A stretch of 64,000 nt of DNA. Source: Camelus dromedarius. Its lineage: Eukaryota. The stretch spans positions 18,292,001-18,356,000 of the forward strand of contig NC_087437.1 in the NCBI RefSeq assembly GCF_036321535.1, given 5' to 3'. The notes beneath the pieces are model-generated. The model searched no databases, was not told the origin of the DNA, and saw only the letters and a list, made by a program, of their open reading frames with translations. Position 1 is the first letter of the stretch; every line of letters starts with the position of its first letter. Below, one piece after another: positions 38,061 to 50,980 of this stretch. Both the position numbers and the translations under genes were made by a program.

Positions 38061-39430
38061 TCAGCTAAGGCCTTCTTTACATTCTTTTCTCTGTGCTGGT
38101 ATGTCTTTTTGACAAGCAGCTATTAGAACTGTATAGGGTATTCCAAGTCTGGATATTCCTTGATTTTGTTCTGTTCTTGGTGATTATAAGTATTTATTGG
38201 TCTTAAGCTGCATAGTGACTTGCTCTCTTACATAGACAACTGATAAGAGTTTAAAAAAAATTTTTTGTGAGGTTAAACCCAGCTGTTCTATAAGCATGAA
38301 TTTGGCCTCTGTTGGGTATTAAATGCAAAGTAAAATCTCCTAAGCACATTTTAGAGTTTCCCATTTGTTTACTCTACAGAGCACCAATAAGCACAGAGTA
38401 TAACAGGAGGTGGTCCTAAAAGAAATTAATAACAATGAATGTTCTAATCTTTAATGGCAATGTGTGAAAAATGGGAGGTGCCCATTGTACATTTCTGGAC
38501 ATCTTGCTCTTTTTAAGGAAAGACTGCCACCTGAATTCAGACAGTGAATGCTCAAGAAGTGTTTTAAGCTTTACCAAGAATTAGAACACCTTCAGGTAGG
38601 GTCTTTCAATTTCACTTGGAGATCTAGCCCTCTCATCTCCCATTCTCATTAAGAATTTTAAAATAGTGCCAGGACCCAGGAATTTCAGTTATTTTGATTT
38701 GTATCTTTTTTATTTCTGATTTGGCAGTTGTTTTGCAGTGCCATCTGTCATGTTGGCTTTTAGGTAAAGATACGGGATTATTGACAAAGGGAGATTCCTG
38801 TTACCTTCTGAAAATGGGAGAATAGCTGCCCTCCCTGAGCAGTAATGCTGCGATCCTTAGCACTGTTTAGACAGGAATGAAAAGTATTCCAAATGAGAGC
38901 TGTTTTGCAGAAACAGTCCCTACTTGTCACTTTGACTTATGTCATAAACTCAGAAGAATAAAAGAGTTCTCTACATTCTCCAGTATATTCATAATACAGT
39001 TATTGGGGGAAGGGGAATGATGAGTCAGTGTTATGCTTTCTATTAAAAATGAAAAGTTGTGGTCTGGTGGGAAGAGTTTCCACCTTCTATTACTATTTGG
39101 AGGTCTTTACTACTTGCAAAATGATTACAGAACACGTGATTCTTTTGCTTCAGGAGTGTTTTAATTATTTATTAAGCTTTCAAAAACTTGTAAGTTGTGA
39201 CTGATTGGATAAGGGAAATGAGGAAAAGGAAAGAGTTATAAGTCATGATCAAGCAAGGTGGACAAGATTGTACCTTTATAGCTAGGGGGTGTCCTCTACC
39301 AAGAGGGCGAGGATTAGGAGAGGAACACATTAGAGGAGTAAGGAGGAAAAATGAGTTTCATTTTGGGCATGCTGAGTTTGATGTGTTTTCTGGAAATCCA
39401 TTTACAAGTGTCCAGTAGACAGTTGGATAT

Positions 39431-40169
39431 TCTGGAATATTTTCTGCACCACCAAGCAATTTTCCAATTCTCTGTGGACACAAGCTGGGTGACCTACAAT
39501 TTAACTCAATTCTGACACTATCCACTTGAAGATAGTATCGGATCCCACAGGTTAAGGACTCAGTCCTACAAGAGTGCCCCCACTTCAGACACCAGTTGTA
39601 AGTCCAGCTTGTTCTCCTGTTCTCTAACCGACCAGTTATAAATCAGGGGTTCCCACAACTCTCTCCTCAGATTCAATCATTTGTTAGAATAGTTCACAAA
39701 GCTCCGCAAAACATTTACTTATGTTTACCATTTTATTATAAAGAATACAGATGAACAGCCAGGTGAAGAGGTACATAAGGCAAGATGCAGATCCCAAGTG
39801 CAGGAACTTCTGTCCCTACGGAACTGGTCCTTGTGCGTCACCCTCTTGGTATATGGATCCATTCACCGACCTGGAAGCTCATCATATTTTATCCAGGATT
39901 TTTTATAGAGCTTTAATCTCCAGCCTCCCCACTCTTCCACTGACTGAAAGTTCCAGCCCTCTGATCACTTGGTCTTTCCTGTAACCAGTCCCATCTTGAG
40001 GTTTTCTAGGGGCCCTAGCCTAATCATTTATTAGCATAAACTCAGATATGCTCAAAAGGTGCTTCTTATGAATAAGGAAAGACGCTCATATCACCCAGGA
40101 AATTTCAAGGGCTTTAAGAGTTCTGTGCCAGGAACTGGGACAAAGACCAAATATATTTACTAAACAACA
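39431..40169 (-). mobile_element. MER21-like ERVL solo LTR inserted in an L2 remnant
   Basis: GATCCCACAGGTTAAGGACTCAGTCCTACAAGAGTGCCCCCACTTCAGA...GCCAGGAACTGGGACAAAGACCAAATATATTT; 5-bp TSD GATAT at 39426-39430 and 40170-40174. Confidence 0.8.
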
Positions 40170-43100
40170 GATATACAGATTTAGTGTTTAAACCTAGGGA
40201 GGTGATTATTATTGGAAGTCTTCAGCATATTGATCAGTGGTTCTTAACCTTTTAATGGTAAGAGGCTCACCACCATCTTCCCCAGAAGAATATGTATCTG
40301 CCTAAAGAATCACATCATTCCAGGGGGTTCATGGGTTCCCTGAAATTCACACATAAATCTTGAGTTAACAGTTCCTATTCTTTATTCATCCCAAAATCAG
40401 TCACAAAAACATATAGCAAAATTTAAAAGTCATTTAAAATCATTTTGGAATGGTAAAAATTGTAACAAGATTTTAAAACTCATGTAAGGTATTACGTGGG
40501 GGACTTGACTCTATAAATAACCTTAATCTTTTGCCTAGTGTATACCAGTGATTTTCTGCAAGGTGCGTTATATCTATAGAAAGGGCTTTGTGTAGCAGAT
40601 GGTGTAGCAGGCTTGGGAGGCAGAACTGGGTGTGAGATCCAAGCTAAGACAAAGTAAGGCACTTGTGGTCCAGCACAGACAAAGTGGAATAGACAGAAAT
40701 TATAAGTGGCCCATGATATTGGCATAATAGTCACAGCCCACAAGATGGATGATGGGTCAGACAGATCCTGAGTGGTACTATGATCTAAAAGCTAATGTAT
40801 CAATTGCTGAAGTGACGGGGCTGAGTATGAGTCAAGCACCATGGATAGCTCCGAGGCAAGGGCGTTTACTGCCTCAAAGAATCTGAAGCAAATGAGGCCT
40901 TTTTTTCTTTCTTTCTTCCTTTCTTTTTTTTTCCACTAGGAGGCAGCTAGCCTGTCTGGTCAATACCACCTCTGAGGTGTACTATGAAAGATGGTACCCC
41001 GGATCTCTAAGTCATTACATTACTGCAATTTTGAAGAGTAATTTAGACTGTTCTTACGGTCTAGGACAACACCACACCCGTGTCTGAATAGCTTCACTCT
41101 TTGTTATGCCAGGATTGAAAAGTAGGCATTTGAATGCATCCTAGTGGATTTCCTGGGCTGTCTTATCATCTTCGAAGACATCTAAATGAACTTTGCCAGC
41201 CGAGTGAATATCTCAATCTTTATACAACTCCTCAAAACCCTTGTCATTCCAGTGCCCCAGAGATGGTTCTTGCTCCCTTGGACTTTCAGATTCTACTGTT
41301 TTGCACCGTAAATCCTTCTTACATAGTTCATTTACTCTATTTAGAGAGATCTCTTCTTGGCCCTCGGTCTTTGGACATTCTTGTCTACGTTGAAGAGTAA
41401 CATGAGTAGAATTTAATAGTGAGAAGGAACTTTAATAATCATCTAGACCCAAATAGCTCTTTGTGATTTGTACCATACTTTAAAAGGATAAACATTGTGG
41501 TGCCTGATTAGAAAGAAGCATGAATGATAAATTGTTTCCAGTTCTGAGACCACCAAAGCATGTTTATAGCATGTTGATACAGTATACGGAGGCTATAATC
41601 ATATTTCATTACATTAAAAACTCACTACAGAAAAAGTAAAGGCTGCTCTTCATATCCTTTTTAATCTAACTATGCTCTGGTTTTCCTGTTATGAAAAAAA
41701 AATCCTTTGTGTGAGTAAAATTATAGAATCTTTGCCTGAAAGAAACCTGCAGATAATCTTTAGTTCATCCTTGTCTCTTTTTTTATTGGGGATAACTGAG
41801 AACCAGAGAGACACACTTGTCCACTGTCATGTGCTATTATATATGTCAGTCAGATTTCTAAACACCTAGTTAAAAAAAATTTGTGTGGATAGCCTTACAT
41901 TTTAGGATTTTATTTTCAAAATTTATAAGCACTGATTTATTTGCTATTTATTTTAAAATAAATTCTCTTAACATGTAAAATCTGCTTTTCAGTCTTAATT
42001 ACTTATTGAGAGGTGAGGGCTACCTCTTATCCAAGTAGATTAAGTATTTTCATGATTGTGTTTATGAGTTTGAAGCAGATTATATTCTGGGAATTTCAGT
42101 TGTCACAAGTCTGTTACAATCTACACTAATTGGACCCAGCCAAACTGAAGTACCATTTTATAAACTTCCCTAAGTTGCTAGAGGCTGCACAAAAGCAGGG
42201 CTTTGGTTAATATGGGGAGAAAGGATGCGTTAAACCTCTATTATCACCCAAGAATGAATCTCATAATAGAAAATTTAAGGATAAAAATAGTTTCAAAAAT
42301 ACTATGTGATGAATCTGAAAAAAATTGATTGAGAATCTGATTGGGTCCTAATGGTGCCAGAAGTTTACCAGAGTACAAAGAAAGTGAAAGAAAAGAAAAC
42401 CCAAAATATCCACAAAATTGGGGGGTTACTTGAACATTTTCTTCTATTTTTCTCCTTTTGGAGGCAAGTGGGAATTTTTTAATACACAGGGAGGACATGA
42501 TAGCCATCTGCAGAGAAAAGGTCAGTCTTTGTTGATATTATTCTTTTTTTTTTTATTGTTCCAGAAGGAGGTAGATTTTTTTCCCCTCAAAATCAGAAGA
42601 AAAAAAAATTCTCTAGCAGTTAGTTTTAATAGTGAAATTAACTCTCTAGCAGAGAAATATTGTGTCACCAGAACTCTTCAAGTAACGATGAGGCAGTATT
42701 TAAGATATTGTGACTTTATCGCACCAGAACACGGTCAGAAAAAAGGAGGGGGACATAGGATTTGAAATTAAGGACATTAGTAAATTTAGTAAAATACTGG
42801 TTTCAAAGTATCATTTTTTGATGTTCTAGATTGTGGTAGCCCTAATCTGTTTAGTGACACAAACACATCAAGTGTTCTGGACTTTAAGATGAATAATTGT
42901 GAATTTGTGACTGATCTAAGCAGTACACTTATTTGGCATTTGAGAAAATAGTCAAAGTGACATTTGTTTGGACTGAGAGTTTCAGAGGCGTCAAGAAAAT
43001 GAAATCTTGGCTTCATATCGTTTTGGGATAGACAGTTGGTTCTGGGGCTCCCAATTAACTGAAATGTTAAAAGCTGTTTCAGTTAGTGGTTCCCTGCTCT

Positions 43101-43604
43101 ACCAGCCTCCATATCCCCTTAAAACATTTTAAAGCACCTCCTTGGCTCTCCCAAAGTGAAATCCATAACTCTTCTCACATGTAACCTTTTAAGGGTTGGC
43201 ATAATGCCCCATCTGTATTAAGGGAGAAAGCACAGGAAACTAATTTAAATCATTTAAATGAGTAAATACTTAGGTACTACTATACTGGAAAGAAGTAATA
43301 AAATAGTGATATATTTGCAGATGAGGTAAGGTTGGCTGTGAATATGACTGCTGCACTACAGACTGATATAGGTATGATGTATGGTTACTTAAATATAATA
43401 AGTGATACTGTTTTTGATGTGACTTTCTGAAATGAACAGCTTTTGGTAAAGTTCCTAACAAGACAAAGTACAACCCTTTTCAAGCATTCTTGGAAAACTG
43501 TATAGTAAAATGATACAAAGCATATTTTGTGTTTGTATGTAAAATGGAGTTTGATTCTAGGCTCAGATAATTAAAATAAACTTTATTTTCCTACATGACT
43601 GCAT

Positions 43605-43774
43605 AGTGGAAAGTCTTTTGGGATGTGGGCCTATTGCCACTCATTTTAGAACATCTAGCATTCATAGTCCTTGCCCACTAGATATCACTATTGTCACTTT
43701 GACAGCCAAAGTCACTTCCATAGATTTACAAAATGCATCTTAGGCAGTAGTGCTGTCCGTGTTTAGAACTGCTG
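43605..43774. mobile_element. hAT-Charlie MITE (MER20-like) remnant
   Basis: TTGCCCACTAGAT...TGACAGCCAAA...GTTTAGAACTGCTG resembles MER20 (from memory). Confidence 0.55.
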
Positions 43775-44850
43775 AGATGCTAAGAGTATGGGGTTCTCTG
43801 CCTGGTGTGTGTATGTTAGTATAACTCCTTTTCTCTCCTGCGCTTCTCCCTCCCCCAAGCTTGTGCAGTGTATAATGTAAGGGGATGGAAATAAAATGTG
43901 CTATTAAACATTTTCCCCCATAGCATGTATAGCCCTCTAATATTCTATATGACTTATTTATTATGTTTATTAATTTTTAGCTTTCTCCCCTATCTGAAAT
44001 GTAAGCTCTGCAAAAGTGGGTGCTTTTGTAAGGTGGGGGTGGGAGAGTTCTTTGTTCATAACCTAGAACAGTGCCTGCATAGCTGTTTAAAAGTTGACTG
44101 ACTGAATTAAGGAGTATAACTTCAACTTTGTTTTTGTATTCCCAAGTATATATTATCTCACTATAATAGTAATTGCAGTTCTCAAACACATCACATTGCA
44201 TGTGCTGTGCTCTCTACCTAGAGTCCTTGTCCCTTTTCCTCCCTTTTTCACCTTGCAAAATAATTCTAGTCTTTCTCATTAATCATCCTTGCTGCTTAGA
44301 TACCACCTCTCATTCCACCCCTAACTTCAGTATTTCAGTTAATTGTATCTTCAACTTTCTTTTTATCTTGTGTCCCTTTTTATGGTTACACTTACCCTGT
44401 GTTAGAAGTAACAACTGTAACTTACTTACCTATCTGTTTCCTTTCGGTGCTGTGAATTGCCTTGAGGGCAAGGGACTCTGTCTTATCTCTCACTACCAGC
44501 ACCCAGCATAATACGTAGTAAATTAAAGATAGTCATATGTTGAATTTCAGCCTGAAATATGTTTTAAGCTGAATGTTTATAGAGCTCAAACATTGTTTTC
44601 AGGGTTGTGTTTCTTTCATCTCTTCCCAAAACCAAGATTTTTCCTGACAGTGCCGAATGATCAACAGAATGAACAATTTTATCTTGAAGTTCCTAGTAGT
44701 TTGCGGAATAATTGACATATTAAATTTTGATTGGCAATCATTAATTTAAACAGTCATTTCTTAGGGGTCAGAATTCACTATTGAGAGTTGTAATATTTTA
44801 ATTTCTAAAGAACACATGAATTAAATGAGAAAATAGATATGAAAATGCTT

Positions 44851-44994
44851 AAGAAAAATAATATGAAAATGAATATATGTATGTATATGTATGACTGAAA
44901 TATTATGCTGTATGCCAGAAATTGACACATTGTAAACTGACTATAATTTAAAAATTTAAAAAAAGTTTATAAAAAGGTATTATGATATGTAAAA
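44851..44994 (+). mobile_element. Very short young L1 3' tail
   Basis: ATGACTGAAATATTATGCTGTATGCCAGAAATTGACACATTGTAAACTGACTATA plus A-tail; TSD AAAATGCTT at 44842-44850 and 44995-45003. Confidence 0.85.
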
Positions 44995-45795
44995 AAAATG
45001 CTTTGTAAAGTATAATATACTAAACAAGTGTCAGATATTATAAAAATATTTATTCTGTCTACCTTTCCTTTCTGGGTAGGTTGTATGGGAAAGAGAACAC
45101 TATAAGTTGATTACTCTTTGAACTATATATTGGTATTCTTAACTGTGACTTTATATTCTCTTAGTCCATGGTAATACCTACAGTTACAATGGAAGTTAAT
45201 AATAAAAACTGCACAAGTGATTACTTAATACATTTTTAAGGAGTTTTTTAAAATCTCAAATAATGAACATTTAGATTGTTAAATTCAGCACTCAAATGCC
45301 TATTTACTTCTTGCTAAGTACTTAGCTTGCTCTGAGAAAAAGCTTCTGTCAGGTGAGGAAAGGTATCTGAATAATTAGGCTTTAACCATGAATGTGAATA
45401 TAAATAACCAAGAAGAACATTAGTATGCTTGTTAAGGCAATTATATTTTTAATACAAAAATAGAATTTTCCTGAAGTCAGTATTTATATGGTTCATTTAC
45501 AGTTTACAAGGTTTTTTTTCCTGTATGTTATCTCATTTGATCCACACTCTGAGCTATGTGGCAACATCACCACTTTAAACTTGAAGACATAGTCTCAAAA
45601 TTTTATTTATTTTTGCCCTAAGTTGCAGAGCTGCAGAGTGGTAGAACTAGGATTCAAGCCTGTTTTCAAATGCCAGATCATTTGTTCTTTCTACTGCACA
45701 GTGCCTGAGTATGGTAGAAATAAAGAACATACTATTTTAATAAAATATACATAGAACAAGATTTTAATGAAATAAATAAAGTAGTTTGACATTTT

Positions 45796-45973
45796 CTTTT
45801 TTTAATTTTATTTTTTATTGAAGTGTAGTTGATTTACAATGTTAGTTTCAGGTGTATAGCAAAGCAATTCAGTTGTACATATACATACATTTTTTTTTTC
45901 AGATTCTTTTCCATTATAGCTTATTACAAGAAATTGAATATAGTTCCCTGTGCTACACAGTAGGTCCTTGTGG
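45796..45973 (-). mobile_element. Short young L1 3' tail, antisense
   Basis: TTGAAGTGTAGTTGATTTACAATGTTAGTTTCAGGTGTATAGCAAAG...GAATATAGTTCCCTGTGCTACACAGTAGGTCCTTG. Confidence 0.85.
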
Positions 45974-46352
45974 TGTTTTCTTAGTCATACTTAAACTCTC
46001 ACTCTTCGTCATGTAATATACTTATTGTTTCACTTCAGGTTTTCAAAACTTCAGTTGATCACGTTTACTTCTCCTAATTTTTGAGTTAAATCCCATTCGT
46101 GGCAAGCCTGGAACTTAGTAATTTGTCATTCAAAACCTTTCCCAAATAATTTTTTTTTCAAAAGACAGGGTTTTAATTCACCCCAGTCAAGGGTTGTTTA
46201 TTCAGAAGGGCAATTAGAGACTGTTCTAGTTTGCCTTTTCAGTATGTCTGACCAGTCTTCTGAGCTGTCACTAAGTTTTCTCTCTCTCTCTCTCTTTTTT
46301 CTTTTCTTACTTTCTTTTTTTTTTTTTTGTACCACTAAAGAGGAATAATAGG

Positions 46353-47082
46353 TAGGGTGAGCACATGGCCCAGTTTGTCTCCAACACTCTTCATTTACAT
46401 GTGTGATTCTTTGACAGGAATTAATAGTGCCCTCTTTCAGTGTTAAAATTATCCTGGTTTGAATGATAAATTTGAAGGTTTATTGATTGTCTATTTATTG
46501 TTATGTAACAAATTACCCCCAAACTTAGCTGCTCAAAACATCATTTATTATCTCACAGTCTCTGTAGGTCAGGAATTCAGATGTGGCTTAGCTAGTGCCT
46601 CTGTCCCAGAGTTTTCTTGTGAGGTAGCAGTCAGGGTGTCAGCAGGAGCCACCTCTCACCTGAAGGCTCAACTGAGGGAGAATCCATTTCCAAACTCACT
46701 CACATGGTTTTTGACAGGATTTAGTTCCATATGGGCTGTTGGACTGAGGGTCTCAATTCTTTGCTGGCTTTTGGCCAGGCCCCCCTCTGCAGTTCCATTC
46801 CATGTGGGCCTCTCCATAGGGCACCTTACAACATTGCTGCTGGCTTTTGACAAAGGGAGGGACAGATAGACAAGACAGACACAGACATGGACACCAAGAG
46901 GGAGAGACAGAGACAGAGCTCTGCAATGACATCTCATCACCTCTGCTGCATTCTGTTTGCTAGAATCAAGTCACTATAGCCAGTCTTTACTCAAGGGGAG
47001 TCATTGCAGAGGGCTTGAATACCAGGAGATAGGGATCATTGGGGGCCATCTCCGAGGCTGCCAGTCACAGATGGTCACCCTA
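46353..47082 (+). mobile_element. hAT-Blackjack MITE (MER94-like) interrupted by an MLT1 LTR
   Basis: Terminal inverted repeats TAGGGTGA...TCACCCTA; 8-bp TSD ATAATAGG/ATAAAAGG. Confidence 0.8.
46475..47069 (-). mobile_element. MaLR MLT1E/F-like LTR
   Basis: GTAACAAATTACCCCCAAACTTAG...ATTATCTCACAGTCTCTGTAGGTCAGGAATTCAG...GGGATCATTGGGGGCCATCTCCGAGGCTGCCAGTCACA. Confidence 0.85.
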
Positions 47083-47422
47083 ATAAAAGGGAAATTGCTT
47101 CCACATAATAGTTCTCCACAATGGAGTGCAACTCATTACCTGTTTCTGTTTTCCTTCAAGAAGAAATTTGCTTCACTCTTCTTTCTTTAATGTTTAGTAC
47201 CCATTCATACATACATACATGCAACTCTACTTAGAATTGACTCTAATTCACAAATTTGGCACATATACAGACTTTCTGCTTGAAGAGATCCATGTGCACT
47301 TTCACATAATGTAATTTGGGGGGATTCTATTAAACATAAAACTGTAACAGAATTTTAATATACACATTTGTGGTGGCTTCTGCAGCTTTGAATGGGTACA
47401 TGAGTTCAGAGCCAGGCTTTGA

Positions 47423-47620
47423 GGACTTACTAAGTCATTTGTTTGAAGCCTTGTGCCAAAAAGCAGAGGTCATAGTGTGACCCTGCCTAGCACTACTCTC
47501 CTTCATGGGCACAAACTGTACCCTTAGCTTTAGCTGGCTGCTTGGCACATTTACTCTATTGGTTGGGAGGATGGAGGAATCACTGTGTGCAATCCCTTCC
47601 AGCTACTGGAAGCTACAGAG
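47423..47620 (+). mobile_element. Ancient MamSINE1-like SINE
   Basis: Degenerate tRNA head followed by CTTCATGGGCACAAACTGTACCCTTAGC...ATTGGT...CTACTGGAA, similar to the MamSINE1 consensus as I recall it. Confidence 0.55.
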
Positions 47621-47899
47621 AGTTATTTAAAAGGGTATTGTTGTTTTGAAGTGTGAGTGAAGCCACATCTTGAAAGGACAGATCATCAGAAAGTCTCCTA
47701 ACCTTTTGGCCTCTACGGACAGGAGGGAGGAAGGAAACTTAGTGCTGCTTATATTTCTGGAGTAAATAAGAGTGGCCCGGATCAAACTGTCCCTCTCCAA
47801 CATCCACACTGTTGTTGGCAAGAATGAAAAAGCCCCCAAATTCTCTTCACCTCTACCTCCTCCAGTATCCAGCCTCACTCTTCTTTTCCTTGAGGTTGT

Positions 47900-50800
47900 C
47901 AGGATTAAGCTCTTTATCTCTGTTTACATTAACTACCACAAGATGCTGAGGACTCTAAGGACCTTCCTCATGCCCGTATGTTCTGTCCCTGTACTTTTCT
48001 ATCCAGATCCCTTGCCTTTCTCCTGCTCTTTTCACTGGATTTCTCTTATCCTCAGCTTCTTTGAACATTTCCTTCATTGTTTTGTTTAGACTGAAACTGG
48101 GCTTTTCACCTGTTGACACCCTTTTCTTCAGTTTTCTCCTGCAATCTTCTCGGCTGGTGACTCTTTTTCTTCCCATTTCCCTCATGCCTCCAGGCCTACA
48201 GTATAGATACAGACTTGCTCCTCATTGCTCTTTTCAGACCCCTCTCTTCCTTTTTCTCTAAACATTCCAGCTCGGAATCTCACCAGACTCTACCTTGTTG
48301 TAGTCGTCTGTAGACCCTCTGGATCATTCCCCTCATTTCTTTAGGATTTTTGGCTCCTAGCTCATGGTCACTTTTTCTAGCAGTATTTCTGTGATAACTT
48401 ACGGAAATTTCATTATCTGTGATAGACAGTTTTTCTTAAACTCTAGACTTCCCCAATGATCATATACCGTGTCCTACCTTGAGGTACTTTTTCCCATGGT
48501 TATTTCCTAGACCTTGACCTTACCAATAACTAAAACCCCTTTATAAGCTCAATTTTACACATCCTGGCCACCACCTTCTGTCCTCTCAAACCACTCCTTC
48601 TACTGCCTGAATACCAACGGCCCTTCTTCAGTCCCTCTGTTAAACCTGCATTCTATTAATCTACCACTTTTCACTGGTCTTCAATAGATCCGTCATTATA
48701 ATTACGCCCTTGCATATACCCTCACCTTGCTGACCCCTTCTTCTGCCTTTGTCAGCCGTGCCTGGTGAAATTCCAGCTCTGGCTAAATCCAACTCTCTTA
48801 TTCATGACAACTTCTGTACATTTTAATGTAGCTGGAGAAAAACTCAGTCATCCTGACTGGTCTCACTTTAAATTCATAATCATGAACCTCAAGAGGGTTA
48901 GTTCCGCCTGGCAGTCCTGGTGTATTTTCTGGCACATTCAGTATCGTATTCCTTCCTTCTTTCTTCACCCAGCCTCCCACCCTCCCTCACCATTTTAACT
49001 TTAGAAAAATAGACATGATCAGAGAGAATATCCACGAGCTCTCACCACCATGTCCACCTAATTAATTGCCTCTGGCTGTTGTACTTTCTGGCTCTACTTG
49101 GTCAGTAAATCAGTTCCCTCTCAATTATTCATGAACATTGCTCCAGAAGTTCTCCCCCTACCCTGACACAGCAGGTTTTTCTTTATTTAAGAAGTTTTTC
49201 TATCAGTGAATAACCATGCTTTAATTTATTCCATCTTTAGAAAAAGAAAAAAGAAAAGAAAAGCTTTCCTGACTTCACTTCTCCCTCTTGCTACTACTTT
49301 CTTCACTCCCCTTTACTCCCAGAAAATCCTTGAAAAGAGTTGTCTATATTTGCTTTCTCTAATTCTTCTTTTCCTCTGCTCTCCTAAACCCTCCCCACAC
49401 AGGCTTTGGCCCCTCCATTCTGCCTGTACTGCTGTTGTCAAGATCACTGATGACCTCCATGTTCCTAAATCCAATAGTCTTAGTTATCATCTTATGCTAT
49501 TTGATTATTCCCTCCTTAAAAAATTCCCCTGTTTGGCTTCTTAAATTTCCTCCCACCACACTGACTTCTTGTTCAGGTGTTCCGGAGTTCAGCCTCCAGG
49601 CCTTGCCTTATCGGTGGTTATTCCCTAAGTGAATTTATCCCATTTATACGCTGACAACCCCTGATTTGTATCTCCCACCCACACTCTCTCCTAAACTTTC
49701 GACATATATTCAGCTGCTAACTTGACATTCTCACTTGGATGGCTAATAAAATTCTCAATCTTAACATGTCCGAAATTGAACTTTTGATCTTTTCACTCAG
49801 AGTTGCAACTCCCACATTTTTTCTCTTCTTATTAACTGGCTTGTCTTTCTGGGTGCTCAGGCAAAAACCTTAAGTATTATCCTTGGCTTCTCTATCTTTC
49901 ACACCCCATATCTATTCTGACAGTATATCCAATTTAATAGTTACTTCAATTTTAACATTTATCTGGAATCTGAGTAAATCTTACTACCTCAAAAACTCTT
50001 GTCCTAGTCCAGACTTTCGTCACCTCTCTGAAATACAGCATTTCTGATTATTGAAATATCCTCCTACCTAGTCTCCCTTCTTTTGTTTCCTAGCCTGCTC
50101 CACCCATTTGTATGTTTCTGAAATTGCAAATTGCAGCGCAGTCCTTTTTAAAAAAAAGTCAGTTCATGTCTCTCTTTTCCTAAAGCTCTAACTTCCCAAT
50201 TTACACTGTAAAATATCAAAATCCTTACAGTGACCAGCAAGGCTCTATAACAGTGTTGTCCAGTAGAAAATTAATGCAAGCCACATATGTAATTTTAAAT
50301 TTTCTAGCAACTGTGCTGCAAAAGTAAAAGGAAAACAGATGAAATTAATTTTAACGTATCTAATTTAAACCAGGATATCAAAATATTACTTCAGCATGTA
50401 ATCAATATAAGGAATTATTAAAGTGTTTTACTTTTTTATATTGAGTCTTCAAAATCTGTTGTGTATTTTACACAATTTTGATACTAAATTTTGAATGGAA
50501 ATACTTGCTTTGTATTTTGATTGGTATTTAGGGTTCATAAAATTTGTAGTTGAAAGTAGATTTACATACCCGAGTAATTCTAAACATTCTTAACAGTTTT
50601 CTAATAACTGAATCCAGTATTGGCTTTTTAATTTTAATTAAAGTTAAAAATTTTAAATTCCATTTTTAGCCACATTTCAAATGCCCAGTAGCCATATGAG
50701 GTTAGTGGCTATCATACTGGACAACGCAGCTCTTTACCATCTGGTCTCTCTTCTCTGACCTCATCTCCTACTGTTTTCTCCTTTGCTCCTTCTGCTCCAG

Positions 50801-50980
50801 CTGTAATGGCCTCCTGTTCTTTGATATCAGCAAACACTTCCCATTTCAGAGCCTTTGCATTTGTTATTCTCTTTGCTTAAAAAGCTTTGCTCCCAGATTC
50901 CTTCACCTTTTTCAGGTCTTCGCGCACATTTTCTTGGAGAAGTTTTCCCTGACCAGCCAGTTTAATATTTCCACCACTTT
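47900..50980 (+). mobile_element. Long L2 LINE remnant
   Basis: C/T-rich strand with L2 signatures (GCTGTTGTCAAGATCACTGATGACCTCCATGTTCCTAAATCCAAT; CTTGACATTCTCACTTGGATGGCTAATA; CAGAGCCTTTGCATTTGTTATTCTCT). Confidence 0.85.
50251..50729. mobile_element. hAT-Charlie1/MER33-like DNA transposon inserted in L2
   Basis: TIRs CAGTGTTGTCCA...TGGACAACGCAG; 8-bp flanks CTCTATAA/CTCTTTAC. Confidence 0.85.

Noticed and set aside
40940..40966. Duplicated copy of ARMC8 exon 2 (shared CAGCTAGC..GTC just after the acceptor)
   Set aside because: Similarity is limited to about 8-12 nt and does not extend, which is consistent with chance.
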